The notes under the pieces: model-generated | Databases searched by the model: none | The model's input: only the letters and a program-made list of their open reading frames with translations | What the model was told of the DNA's origin: nothing | Shown: piece by piece, positions 1-9,007 of the stretch | How positions within the stretch are numbered: the stretch's first letter is position 1 | How the letters are laid out: each line of letters starts with the position of its first letter | Source: Candidatus Thorarchaeota archaeon | GTDB lineage: Archaea; Asgardarchaeota; Thorarchaeia; Thorarchaeales; Thorarchaeaceae | DNA length: 64,000 nt | Assembly: GCA_029858305.1 (NCBI GenBank) | Contig: JAOUFI010000002.1 | Location: 53,369 to 117,368 of the forward strand | Reading direction: 5' to 3' | Position numbers and translations under genes: made by a program

Positions 1-153
1 TTCAGATAACTCCCCTAGTCGTTGCATAATATCGGTTCCAGTCATTTCTTGGGACCGTAACAGACGAGGGATAATATGACGAAGAAGGCCTCTAGGTACT
101 GATTGGGGCATACCGAGATGTTCACAATCTTTATCCTGAGACTCATCGTTCAT
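1..153 (-). CDS. PadR-family transcriptional regulator, N-terminal part (runs off window start)
   Basis: Manual translation from ATG at 153: MNDESQDKDCEHLGMPQSVPRGLLRHIIPRLLRSQEMTGTDIMQRLGELSE; PRGLLR..I..LL...MTG.DIM is the PadR N-terminal pattern; not in supplied ORF track. Confidence 0.75.
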   Translation of the reverse strand, partial: MNDESQDKDCEHLGMPQSVPRGLLRHIIPRLLRSQEMTGTDIMQRLGELSE

Positions 154-170
154 TATTTTAGCTCCTGAAT

Positions 171-196
171 TATCGCATCCGATATCGGATACGATA
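171..196. promoter_or_regulatory. Near-perfect 26-bp palindrome, probable PadR operator in divergent promoter
   Basis: TATCGCATCCGATATCGGATACGATA (one mismatched pair), 18 bp upstream of the PadR start, abutting a minus-strand TTTATA box at 200-195. Confidence 0.6.
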
Positions 197-250
197 TAAA
201 GATTGTTGTATCTACATCCGGTTTCTTTAGAGGATTGACTCAGAGCAAGT

Positions 251-2155
251 TTGATAAGAATCTCCATGTTCAACACTAAGAAAGCTATTGAGGATACTCC
301 ATTGGGTGAGAAGGCTAAGGTCAAGGAAACTGTACGTCTGTTTGAAAAGATCTGGCAGTTACCATCATTTCGAGGAATTTTGGGGATAATGGCTTTAGAA
401 GTGCTAATTGTATCCCTCATTGCTACAGGTCTAAAGATAATTTATGACAAGACTGCCGTACCTCTATTGACCCTAATCCTGTATGTGATTATTCTTGGTA
501 TACCAACATTCTTCGGCTCAGGTATTCTCTATCTAATAGTAACAGATGAGGGCTCTCCTCTCGATGCTCGGAGAACAGCAGGGTCGGTCATGTTTGGAAA
601 TCTCATCTGGTACTCCATGGGGCTCATTGGAGTTCATATCGACAGTGTAATTCCCGTTCAAGCTTATGAAATTAGATTCTTTACTGTCGGAGCTAGCTTA
701 GGATATCTGATATTCGCATTTCTTGTCAATGCACTTAGTGATCATAGAGAGGCTCGCAACTTTGTAGGAGCTGCTGCACCTCTCGTTCTATGGGTGATTC
801 TAGAACTGCTGCTGGCGCCTTTGGATGATGCAGTGCCAGTGATGTCAGAATTTTGGTACATAACCCTCCCAATCATCCTCGCCGTCTCAACCTTCGTTGT
901 TCATTATATCTATAGATCTGTGAGTGTTCCCTTCGAGAGAGACCTAGGTATCAATGGTCCTGCATTGTTACGCGCCTTTGGGCACGATTATCTATCGGGA
1001 AATCCAATACCTATCGATAGGTTGTTGACAGAGATATCTACCCCGCAGGATGTTCCTATGGAAGTCATACTCTTTCGTGATTCACAAAACACCTCTGAGC
1101 TACTTGCTTGTGGAGTCATTCAGTATGTGCATCCAGGCCCATTCAGAGATGTTGGGAGTAGTGAATTGCCATCAGTAATTATGGAACATGTTAAGAGGAA
1201 ATATGACATTCCAACCTTTGTCATGCACGGAACATGCACCCACCAGCAGAATCTGACAAGCAAGGACGATTACCAGAAGGTACTTGATGAGATTGATAGA
1301 TTGATTGAGAACACACCAATGCATGGCGAAATCTCTGGGCCTCATTGGACAGATGGCGAGAAATTCAAAGTATGGACACTTTTTGTAGGAGAAAATGTTC
1401 TGGCAATCACGACTAGTGCACCTGATTTCACAGATGACATTTCTCTTGAGGTAGGATATGACGCTGCAAATATGGTGAGACAACGACTTCCTGAAATCAA
1501 GGGAGTAGCAATCGCAGATGCCCACAATTGTATCAATGACCACGCAATTTCAGTTGTACCAGGAGATCCAGAAGCCACCGAGTATGTAGGAGCTGTATCG
1601 GGAGCTGTCTTCTCATACTTGAATGAACCAAGGTCTAAGGTGAAGATGGGTATCTATCAGGTATTTCCCAAGGACATCAGTCCTCAAGAAGGTATAGGTC
1701 CTGGGGGCATCAGTGCGCTATCACTAATATATGAAGACTACCGATTTGCACTGATTTCAGTTGACGGTAATAATATGGAACCAGGTTTTCGTGAAAGAGT
1801 GATCAGTAACTTGAAGGCGCAGGGATATGACGATGCAGAAGTAGTCACCACAGATACTCACGTGGTCAATGCAATATCTCTCTCAAGTAAAGGCTACCCA
1901 CCCGTCGGTAGGAACAAACCAGACGAAACAATCGAGCACATCCTAGTAGCCTCGTTGAAAGCTAGAGAAAAGACTCAAGCTGTTCAAATTGGCCTAGGTT
2001 TTGGAATAGTTAAGGGAATAAGGACCTTAGGCGAGAAGGGCTTCGACATCCTGACACAGGATATCGCAGAAGCTGCAGGAATTGCAAAGCATGTAGGTAC
2101 TCGTGTTGGCATTGGATCAGTTCTTGTGGCAATTCTGTTAGCCTTTCTTCTATAG
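251..2155 (+). CDS. DUF2070-family membrane protein (start possibly ATG 266)
   Basis: N-terminal multi-TM region followed by VHPGPF..GSS.LP, HG..TH, DAHNC, DGNN, TTDTH motifs typical of archaeal DUF2070. Confidence 0.8.
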   Translation: MIRISMFNTKKAIEDTPLGEKAKVKETVRLFEKIWQLPSFRGILGIMALEVLIVSLIATGLKIIYDKTAVPLLTLILYVIILGIPTFFGSGILYLIVTDEGSPLDARRTAGSVMFGNLIWYSMGLIGVHIDSVIPVQAYEIRFFTVGASLGYLIFAFLVNALSDHREARNFVGAAAPLVLWVILELLLAPLDDAVPVMSEFWYITLPIILAVSTFVVHYIYRSVSVPFERDLGINGPALLRAFGHDYLSGNPIPIDRLLTEISTPQDVPMEVILFRDSQNTSELLACGVIQYVHPGPFRDVGSSELPSVIMEHVKRKYDIPTFVMHGTCTHQQNLTSKDDYQKVLDEIDRLIENTPMHGEISGPHWTDGEKFKVWTLFVGENVLAITTSAPDFTDDISLEVGYDAANMVRQRLPEIKGVAIADAHNCINDHAISVVPGDPEATEYVGAVSGAVFSYLNEPRSKVKMGIYQVFPKDISPQEGIGPGGISALSLIYEDYRFALISVDGNNMEPGFRERVISNLKAQGYDDAEVVTTDTHVVNAISLSSKGYPPVGRNKPDETIEHILVASLKAREKTQAVQIGLGFGIVKGIRTLGEKGFDILTQDIAEAAGIAKHVGTRVGIGSVLVAILLAFLL

Positions 2156-2190
2156 CTATTGACAAAACGCAGGTTTCGATAGAAGTATAT

Positions 2191-2796
2191 GTGATGAGAG
2201 AGATTGTCGAAGAACAAGGGGCGATGTCTGTGAACAAGAAACGTGTCTTCGTAGGGATTACTGGTGCTAGTGGAGCAATTTACGGAGTCAGATTAGTTAG
2301 AGCATTAAAATCAGAAGGACATGAAGTTCATCTAGTTGTAAGTAAATGGGGAGCTGAAACCCTAAAGTATGAGCTTGATATTGATGCTGATACATTAGGG
2401 CACGAAGTAGATAAATTCTATAATGAACAAGATCTAGCAGCAGGACCAGCTAGCGGCAGCTACCCTCTCGATGCAGTTGTTGTAATTCCATGTTCAATGA
2501 AGACACTAGCAGGAATCGCTCATGGGTATGCAGATAATTTGATTGCTCGTGCCGCTGATTGCGCTCTAAAGGAACGTCGAAAACTGATACTCGTTCCCAG
2601 AGAAACTCCCTTGAACCTAGTTCACATTCAGAATATGAAATCAGTGACGGAAGCAGGAGCAATACTAATTCCTGCAAGTCCTGCATTTTGGCATAAACCA
2701 AAGAGTATCGAAGAACTAGTTGATTCGGTTGTCGACAGAGTTCTATCTCATTTGACTGCTCGCAGGGATTCTGCTGCAACATGGACAGGAGAATGA
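2191..2796 (+). CDS. ubiX: Flavin prenyltransferase UbiX (start probably ATG 2224)
   Basis: GITGASGAIYG, ASGS, PCSMKTLAGIA.G.ADNLIARAAD..LKERRKLILVPRETP, PASPAFW motifs. Confidence 0.95.
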   Translation: MMREIVEEQGAMSVNKKRVFVGITGASGAIYGVRLVRALKSEGHEVHLVVSKWGAETLKYELDIDADTLGHEVDKFYNEQDLAAGPASGSYPLDAVVVIPCSMKTLAGIAHGYADNLIARAADCALKERRKLILVPRETPLNLVHIQNMKSVTEAGAILIPASPAFWHKPKSIEELVDSVVDRVLSHLTARRDSAATWTGE

Positions 2797-2805
2797 GCTC
2801 TTCAG

Positions 2806-4662
2806 TTATCCCCAATGCAGCGGTACTCCACAGTGCTCACAGACAATTGTTTCACCAGGTAAAGCTCGCTTGATAAGCCCAGCTCCACAATGTGGGCAAG
2901 CAATTTTCTTTGGTGCAGTATCGTCGGTTTTTGTTTGAATCCTTAGGAGAACCTCACGTAGATTCTCGCGCATCTCTGCCAGCATGAGCTCCAATTTTGT
3001 TTCATTATTGCTAGCAACCGTGATTCTGATTACAAGATTCTCCTTTGATACTGAGCCGACAACAACAAACTCATCACCGACAAGTGCCTTTCCGTAGTAC
3101 CATACCTCAAAACCGGTTTTAGAATCTGCTAGCTCATCGATAAAGAGGACATTGTGTTGCTCAATGATATTCTTTACAATTTCCAGCATCTCAGCGGGGT
3201 CAGCATTTGCATCCATCTGATATTCACATGCATGTTTGGTTTGAAGCGTCGAATCCATTAGAGCTTGAATATCTGAGAGCGTTTTTGTTAGAAGATAGGC
3301 ATCACGTGCAGCAGAGGCATGTGCCAATGGAACAGATACAACTGATTCACCATGTTTGTTACATGAAAGCTGTACATCTGCACTTTCAGCCATTTCTTTG
3401 ATTTGAATTAGATCGATGGGATTATGGCATTTATGGCATTCAAAGAGTTGCATATAGGTTCTTGAGAGTGTTTCTGGATGAGCAGTAGTAGAGAGATAGC
3501 GGGTGCTCCCATGACCGTTACGACATTCAATTTTTAATTCAATGGTGTTTTCTTTGACTTTTGAATCCCTAATTAGAATCGGTGCAGAGCATTTAGTGCA
3601 CTTGAGACTCTCTTCAATGGTTGACTCTCGATCAATTTCAGATTCTCTAGTTTCAAGATGTTTATAGATATCAGGTTTGATTCCTTTGCGCATTTTATTA
3701 TGCAGTGGGCAGACAAGCTCAAGTTCAACATTGGTACCGTTTACTTTCTTTCCCACGATTTCCGTAAGGAGGTCGCAATCATTGCACTTCATGATTCCAC
3801 CCACAATCGCGTCAATTGCTTCCTCGTCAAGGTCCGTCGGTTGATTCATCTCGATGGAATGACCGTTTGGACAAATACATTTCAATTTGTACTTGTTCTT
3901 ATCCAAATCGATGGCCCGAATTGAAAGCTCGTTATTACATTGAGTGCATTTGAGCATCGACCTCACAATAGTGCCCTCAGATAGAGCCTCAGTAATTTTC
4001 TCAATCATCCACGCGTGTTTTGCGGGCATCTCTTTCTTTGTCCTACCATGTGCAGGACACGACATCTCTACACGAGCCTTGTCACCCTTTACGGAAACAT
4101 CAAGAACTTGACACGGTAAACCGCATTGCTCACAATGAATGAGCCGTTTGAAGACAGTTTTAAGAATTGAAGGATCAGCCTCAGTAGGCGCATAACGAAT
4201 CTCTTTATGCCCATTTGGACAGCGATACTTGAACTCCATAATCCCCTTTTTATCGTCTATTGATTGCGTTGAGAGGATTTGTTTACAACGAGGACAAGTG
4301 AGCGAATCGAGAATTGATTTTGCACTATTTACAGTACCTTGGATATCTGTTATGGCGCTGTGATAGAATGATGGATTCTTTTTCTTCAACGGTCCATGAA
4401 TTGGACACAGAAACATGTACTCAACTTCGTGTCTACCCAAATCTGTGTGCACTAGAGACATTGTAGAACCACACACAACGCATGTGAATAGACCCTTGTA
4501 AATTTCGGGAGCCATGCTATCTACTTGATACCGTGCAACGTCTCTCTTGCCTTTGTGACCGTTGAAACATTGACAATACAGCCGCACCGTGCTACCACGC
4601 ATCTCGCTTCCGAGAATAGAGAAAGGTTCCTTACATTTCTTGCAAACGAACACATCTATCAA
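2806..4662 (-). CDS. Multi-C2CH metal-binding repeat protein with C-terminal platform-like domain and zinc ribbon (start possibly GTG 4653)
   Basis: Eight CxxC-x21-C-x2/3-H modules, alpha/beta C-terminal domain, terminal CPHC..CEHC ribbon. Confidence 0.8.
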   Translation of the reverse strand: MIDVFVCKKCKEPFSILGSEMRGSTVRLYCQCFNGHKGKRDVARYQVDSMAPEIYKGLFTCVVCGSTMSLVHTDLGRHEVEYMFLCPIHGPLKKKNPSFYHSAITDIQGTVNSAKSILDSLTCPRCKQILSTQSIDDKKGIMEFKYRCPNGHKEIRYAPTEADPSILKTVFKRLIHCEQCGLPCQVLDVSVKGDKARVEMSCPAHGRTKKEMPAKHAWMIEKITEALSEGTIVRSMLKCTQCNNELSIRAIDLDKNKYKLKCICPNGHSIEMNQPTDLDEEAIDAIVGGIMKCNDCDLLTEIVGKKVNGTNVELELVCPLHNKMRKGIKPDIYKHLETRESEIDRESTIEESLKCTKCSAPILIRDSKVKENTIELKIECRNGHGSTRYLSTTAHPETLSRTYMQLFECHKCHNPIDLIQIKEMAESADVQLSCNKHGESVVSVPLAHASAARDAYLLTKTLSDIQALMDSTLQTKHACEYQMDANADPAEMLEIVKNIIEQHNVLFIDELADSKTGFEVWYYGKALVGDEFVVVGSVSKENLVIRITVASNNETKLELMLAEMRENLREVLLRIQTKTDDTAPKKIACPHCGAGLIKRALPGETIVCEHCGVPLHWG

Positions 4663-4737
4663 CTACCTTGGCGCAGCACGTAGTCAATCTCATAAATTCC
4701 TCGAGCTTCCTAATATGTACTCCGCATACGAGACTAA

Positions 4738-7014
4738 TCATTGTAGATATAATGCAATGGTAAGAGAATGAGTGCAATACTTACAACGAATTGGCAGACG
4801 TTTTCCCAGATCTTCCACTTGATCTGTTTCTAGGGGTGCTCCACATCGTAGACACACCCATGAATCCATTGTGTCAGCAAGCTCATCAATGGTTGTAGGT
4901 AGCATTGATACATCCTCACCAAGGGCTTCTACTTTTACAACTGAGTGACGACCATTTTCTGGACCAGATATTAGGAGAACAACCGCTATCTTTCGCTTTG
5001 TATACTTGCCTTCAGCATAGCCACGGATGGTTCCTATGAATTCACCCGAAATTACATGCTCCTCAGTATCCACAACATGGAAATTCTTCGTAGGCAATAT
5101 TTTCTCAGCCTTCGTGAATAAGACCTTAGCATTCCAATCAAGAGTCTGCTCTTGCTGAGTCTTTTCAAGACTGGATAGAACAAGGTTAAACTCTGCAGAT
5201 GTTTTCTTAGAAGGGGTCAAAAGATCGCAGACTGAACGAATCAGATATGGCTCTACACTCATTGTGTGTAACTGATCGAGAAAATCAATGTATGAAACTG
5301 TTGCAACAACTTTTCCCTGTACACAATCCTTTGTTGGGTAGAACGTGAACTGAGGGCTTCTAAAGCCGCCTACTTCGATTCTAGATATTGTTTTCACACT
5401 CTCTCCAGCCAGCTCCATACAGTCTACCGGATATGCAACAATACTCACTGTTACATTTGTGATAACATATCCACTATTATTGGCTACTTTGACCTTGTAA
5501 TCAAATTTACCTCCAACAATCTCACAACCACGCATAGCCTTAACTCCGCCATCTGGAGAATCAATGGATTCACCCTCCGCTTCTAGAGTTTCAGGTGGTT
5601 TGGGTTCACTCACTTCAACTGGAGGTTTTGCCTTGTCAGCCAGCATTTCTGCATATGCATTCTGCATAGCTTTGGCATGGTCAGGAGGAATATCAAATAC
5701 GTACTTTCCGTGAATTGAGCACAATTGAACAACCCGGTCCTCACGACCACCAGGTTCCACATATACTAAATCTAATGGCTCATAACACTCAGGACATTGG
5801 AAGAAACGCTTGTAAAGATCGACAAGAGTCTCTAGCTCCAATTCAGGTTTAAACAGTCTCTTACTTCTATGACTGTTTCTACACTCTACATCAAACTCTA
5901 CGAGTCCTCGACGTTCTTCAACATCTCTTAGTGTGAGCGGCATACTACATTTTTCGCAGCTTAGACTTCTTACAATAGATGGGAGGCGGTCAATTAAGTG
6001 TTCATGGTCAGAAATAATATTGAAGATGGAAGGGGTTGCTTCTCTTTGCATCACACCATGAATTGGACAGACAATCTGGAATGCAACTTTCTTTGCACTC
6101 TTCCTCTTACTCAGAATATGTGTTAAGTGTCCACAATCATCGCATGTGAGTATAGCAGCTGTTATCCGGTTAGCAACTGCATCATTCCATGTGAGTGGAA
6201 GTATCCTCTCTGTAGTGACCTTATTGCCAGGGCAAATGCACTTCAACTTGTAGCCAGATTTATCATCCTCAATACTTCTTATTGCCAGAGGTTGTCTGCA
6301 CTCATTTGTAGTGAGAGTGGCTCGAAGTACTGCATCCTCAGGTATCTCAGAAATTGATTCTCTAAGTGGACCTACAAATTGTGTAGGAATGTCCTTCTTA
6401 GTAACACCATGAACTGGGCATGCGACATATACACGTGCTGAATTACCTCGTTCTTCTAAATCAGCTATATGTCCAGGAAGTCCACATTTATCGCAATGAA
6501 CTACTCGCTGCAGAATTCTCTTTAGAAGAGATGTTTCCAAGTCACTTGGGAGGTACCTACTTGCCTTGTGATTATTTGCACATCTTACCTCGATCTCTAT
6601 TATTCCTCGACGTTGCTCTACCTCGCTGATAGCATATACAAACCCACACTGTGGACATCTGAAAGAATCAATGATGGCTCTTGGACTATCAACCTCTGCA
6701 GCCGCAAGCTGTACAGTTGAAAGAAACTCTCTTGGAAATTCACGTTTCTCCATCCCATGACGCGGGCAGAGAAAGATTCCCTCAGTCTTTGATCCTTGGA
6801 TAATAGTATCAACAAGTGTCATGTTCGAGCCACACTCTGTGCATACAAACATCTTCTTGAAAATCTCTGAACCAACATCGCTTATCTGATGCTCGGCGAG
6901 TCGCCTTGCACTTTTATGACCATTCAGACATTGTGTTTCAAGAGTCAGGATGTGGTCTTGCATCTCAGCGTTTCGTACGTACAGGGGTTCTTGGCATTTC
7001 TTGCATGAGAACAC
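4738..7014 (-). CDS. Multi-C2CH metal-binding repeat protein with Ig-sandwich plus platform (appendage-like) domain and zinc ribbon
   Basis: Paralog of 2806-4662; eight modules (fifth degenerate), Pro/Glu linker, beta-rich domain, CLRC..CKYC ribbon. Confidence 0.8.
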   Translation of the reverse strand: MFSCKKCQEPLYVRNAEMQDHILTLETQCLNGHKSARRLAEHQISDVGSEIFKKMFVCTECGSNMTLVDTIIQGSKTEGIFLCPRHGMEKREFPREFLSTVQLAAAEVDSPRAIIDSFRCPQCGFVYAISEVEQRRGIIEIEVRCANNHKASRYLPSDLETSLLKRILQRVVHCDKCGLPGHIADLEERGNSARVYVACPVHGVTKKDIPTQFVGPLRESISEIPEDAVLRATLTTNECRQPLAIRSIEDDKSGYKLKCICPGNKVTTERILPLTWNDAVANRITAAILTCDDCGHLTHILSKRKSAKKVAFQIVCPIHGVMQREATPSIFNIISDHEHLIDRLPSIVRSLSCEKCSMPLTLRDVEERRGLVEFDVECRNSHRSKRLFKPELELETLVDLYKRFFQCPECYEPLDLVYVEPGGREDRVVQLCSIHGKYVFDIPPDHAKAMQNAYAEMLADKAKPPVEVSEPKPPETLEAEGESIDSPDGGVKAMRGCEIVGGKFDYKVKVANNSGYVITNVTVSIVAYPVDCMELAGESVKTISRIEVGGFRSPQFTFYPTKDCVQGKVVATVSYIDFLDQLHTMSVEPYLIRSVCDLLTPSKKTSAEFNLVLSSLEKTQQEQTLDWNAKVLFTKAEKILPTKNFHVVDTEEHVISGEFIGTIRGYAEGKYTKRKIAVVLLISGPENGRHSVVKVEALGEDVSMLPTTIDELADTMDSWVCLRCGAPLETDQVEDLGKRLPIRCKYCTHSLTIALYLQ

Positions 7015-7121
7015 AGCTTAACACCCGAGTGGAAAAATGATATCGATTAATACAACTGATGCAGAACTTTGGTTCTTAAGCAAATCTTAGACAAGCATCT
7101 CGGGCTACTTATATCGACGCT

Positions 7122-7610
7122 CTATTCTTGCTTGTCTTTATCAGGGGCATTTGCTTCTTGCTTTTCAGGTTCTTTTGCAGTCTTTTCCTCTTTTGCCCTT
7201 TCGTGCATCTTGGAGTCTATAAGTTTCTGCAATCGTGTCATAACAGGAAGCTCACCACGCTGGAGAGCTAGAGGTATGGCAAAATACACGATTATGACAC
7301 CACCAATCACTATCAGTGGAGGAGAAAGCACCGAAATCACTGGAACATAAATTATGTAATATCCTATAATCTGCATCAATCCACCGAAAAGCAGTCCTGG
7401 CCAAGCAAGTGTCGCGGGTCTTTTCAGCGAAGTGATTGCAGCATAAAAACAGACAAGGACAAATCCAGTGGAGCGGAATAGTCCATTTAGAAATTCCAAA
7501 TAGTAGCCTAGCAACCAAATGAGTGCTCCGACCAGCATCATCAAGAAATTCATATCTAGTACGATTGACTTTGAGCCATTCTCACGTGCTTCAATCATAG
7601 TAATCACCAA
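7122..7610 (-). CDS. Small integral membrane protein (about 4 TM) with charged C-terminal tail
   Basis: Four hydrophobic segments then Lys/Glu-rich tail. Confidence 0.65.
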   Translation of the reverse strand: MVITMIEARENGSKSIVLDMNFLMMLVGALIWLLGYYLEFLNGLFRSTGFVLVCFYAAITSLKRPATLAWPGLLFGGLMQIIGYYIIYVPVISVLSPPLIVIGGVIIVYFAIPLALQRGELPVMTRLQKLIDSKMHERAKEEKTAKEPEKQEANAPDKDKQE

Positions 7611-7668
7611 GAACCTATTCGTTCATTCAAGATAAGGTTAGCACTATGAATGATATAAGTAATTCTTC

Positions 7669-8943
7669 TCATTTACTTCCTGTAGCATCTACGCTTTCCA
7701 GCACTTTATCCGCTGATTTCTTTAATTTTGAACGATAACCTCGTGTCGTGTAGACACGCACAGGTTTCAAAATTCTGGAGAAACTCCTTGCCATCGGGCT
7801 TAGGTCACTCAGTTTCCAAAACTCGTATCCACTTGATCCACGTTCGAATAAAGCAATCCCATCAAGATCGAACTTTCCAGGATAGAAAGTGACAGATGCG
7901 CGATCTGGAAAATCGATGTAAACATTATGAGAATCAATATCCGCATCCTCAGCAATCTCTTGTTCGATAGAAAAGAGACCATCAGGAGTTGACAACTTAT
8001 TCAGAAATGCAGGATCGGAGATAGCACGTGTGCTGACCAATTTTATCAGATAACGTTTGTTGAAATCAGAAAAGATTCGATTTGCAGTTTTGAGTTCTTC
8101 ACTTTCCTCAGAGTCGACACGAAGAAGTCTGGTTAGAAAAGTGAGGTCATCATTTTTGAAGAATTCAAGAGTGTTGTCCAGAGGTGAAGGGAAAAGCTGT
8201 GAACCAGCTTCATCAAGAACTCGCAATAACATCAATTCAGCTGCACGAACAGTCTTATGGAAGTATACAGCATCAAACATGTTGACAGCTGCAGACAAGT
8301 ATGATTCTAGGGTGAATAGAGAACCACGTTCTACAGCAATCTTGTTCTTTGTAATGCGTGTTGCATCAAATAGTCTGTGAAATTCAAGCTGTGCATAATC
8401 CACCCCTGCAAAATATGAGTCTCGTTCGAGGTCGTCAATGAGTTCTGGATTGATAGGACAGTTCTTGATGTCAAGCCTAACACTTTTAATAGGCACACCA
8501 CGTTCAATCACATCTTGTATCTCTGATTTTGAAAATCCGTGATTTTCTATTATTGTTCCTATTTCCGTTTTACCAAGAATAGCCTTAGTAATCTTGAGGG
8601 GATTGGAACCTCGCATAGTCAAATATTCTTCCATAACATTTGACCATGGACCATTTGCGAGCATTAGTAAATAGGACGCCAACCGACCTTTCTGTATCTC
8701 CTCGATAGTAGCTCCAAGATATTCTAAGAAAATCCTGGTCATATGTAGAAAACCAAGAGTTCTACCGAGGAGTGCAATGTCCGCCCCGGGATAGACTAAT
8801 GAAAGACCAGCGGGACCCTTGATATACCTAAGTCTCTGAGATATCCGATGATCAATAAGCTGTTTCTCTACGTCTGAGAGACTTATGTAACCATGAATGG
8901 GATCCTTGATTTGGAGGACAGAGGGAAAATCTGTAATAGGCAT
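7669..8943 (-). CDS. SAMHD1/dNTPase-like HD-domain protein, catalytic residues degenerate
   Basis: KDPIHG, QRLRYIK, VYPGA, GPWS, RDSYFAGV, VYFHKTVRAAE motifs present; H...HD...D metal ligands replaced. Confidence 0.85.
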   Translation of the reverse strand: MPITDFPSVLQIKDPIHGYISLSDVEKQLIDHRISQRLRYIKGPAGLSLVYPGADIALLGRTLGFLHMTRIFLEYLGATIEEIQKGRLASYLLMLANGPWSNVMEEYLTMRGSNPLKITKAILGKTEIGTIIENHGFSKSEIQDVIERGVPIKSVRLDIKNCPINPELIDDLERDSYFAGVDYAQLEFHRLFDATRITKNKIAVERGSLFTLESYLSAAVNMFDAVYFHKTVRAAELMLLRVLDEAGSQLFPSPLDNTLEFFKNDDLTFLTRLLRVDSEESEELKTANRIFSDFNKRYLIKLVSTRAISDPAFLNKLSTPDGLFSIEQEIAEDADIDSHNVYIDFPDRASVTFYPGKFDLDGIALFERGSSGYEFWKLSDLSPMARSFSRILKPVRVYTTRGYRSKLKKSADKVLESVDATGSK

Positions 8944-9007
8944 CTGAATTCAACCCAATATTTACTCAACTGAATGGTATAAAAGTGTCTGAAATACATA
9001 ACCCTGC

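Noticed and set aside
7623-7655. Short inverted repeat TCATTCA...TGAATGA
   Set aside because: Only 7 bp in AT-rich DNA; could arise by chance.
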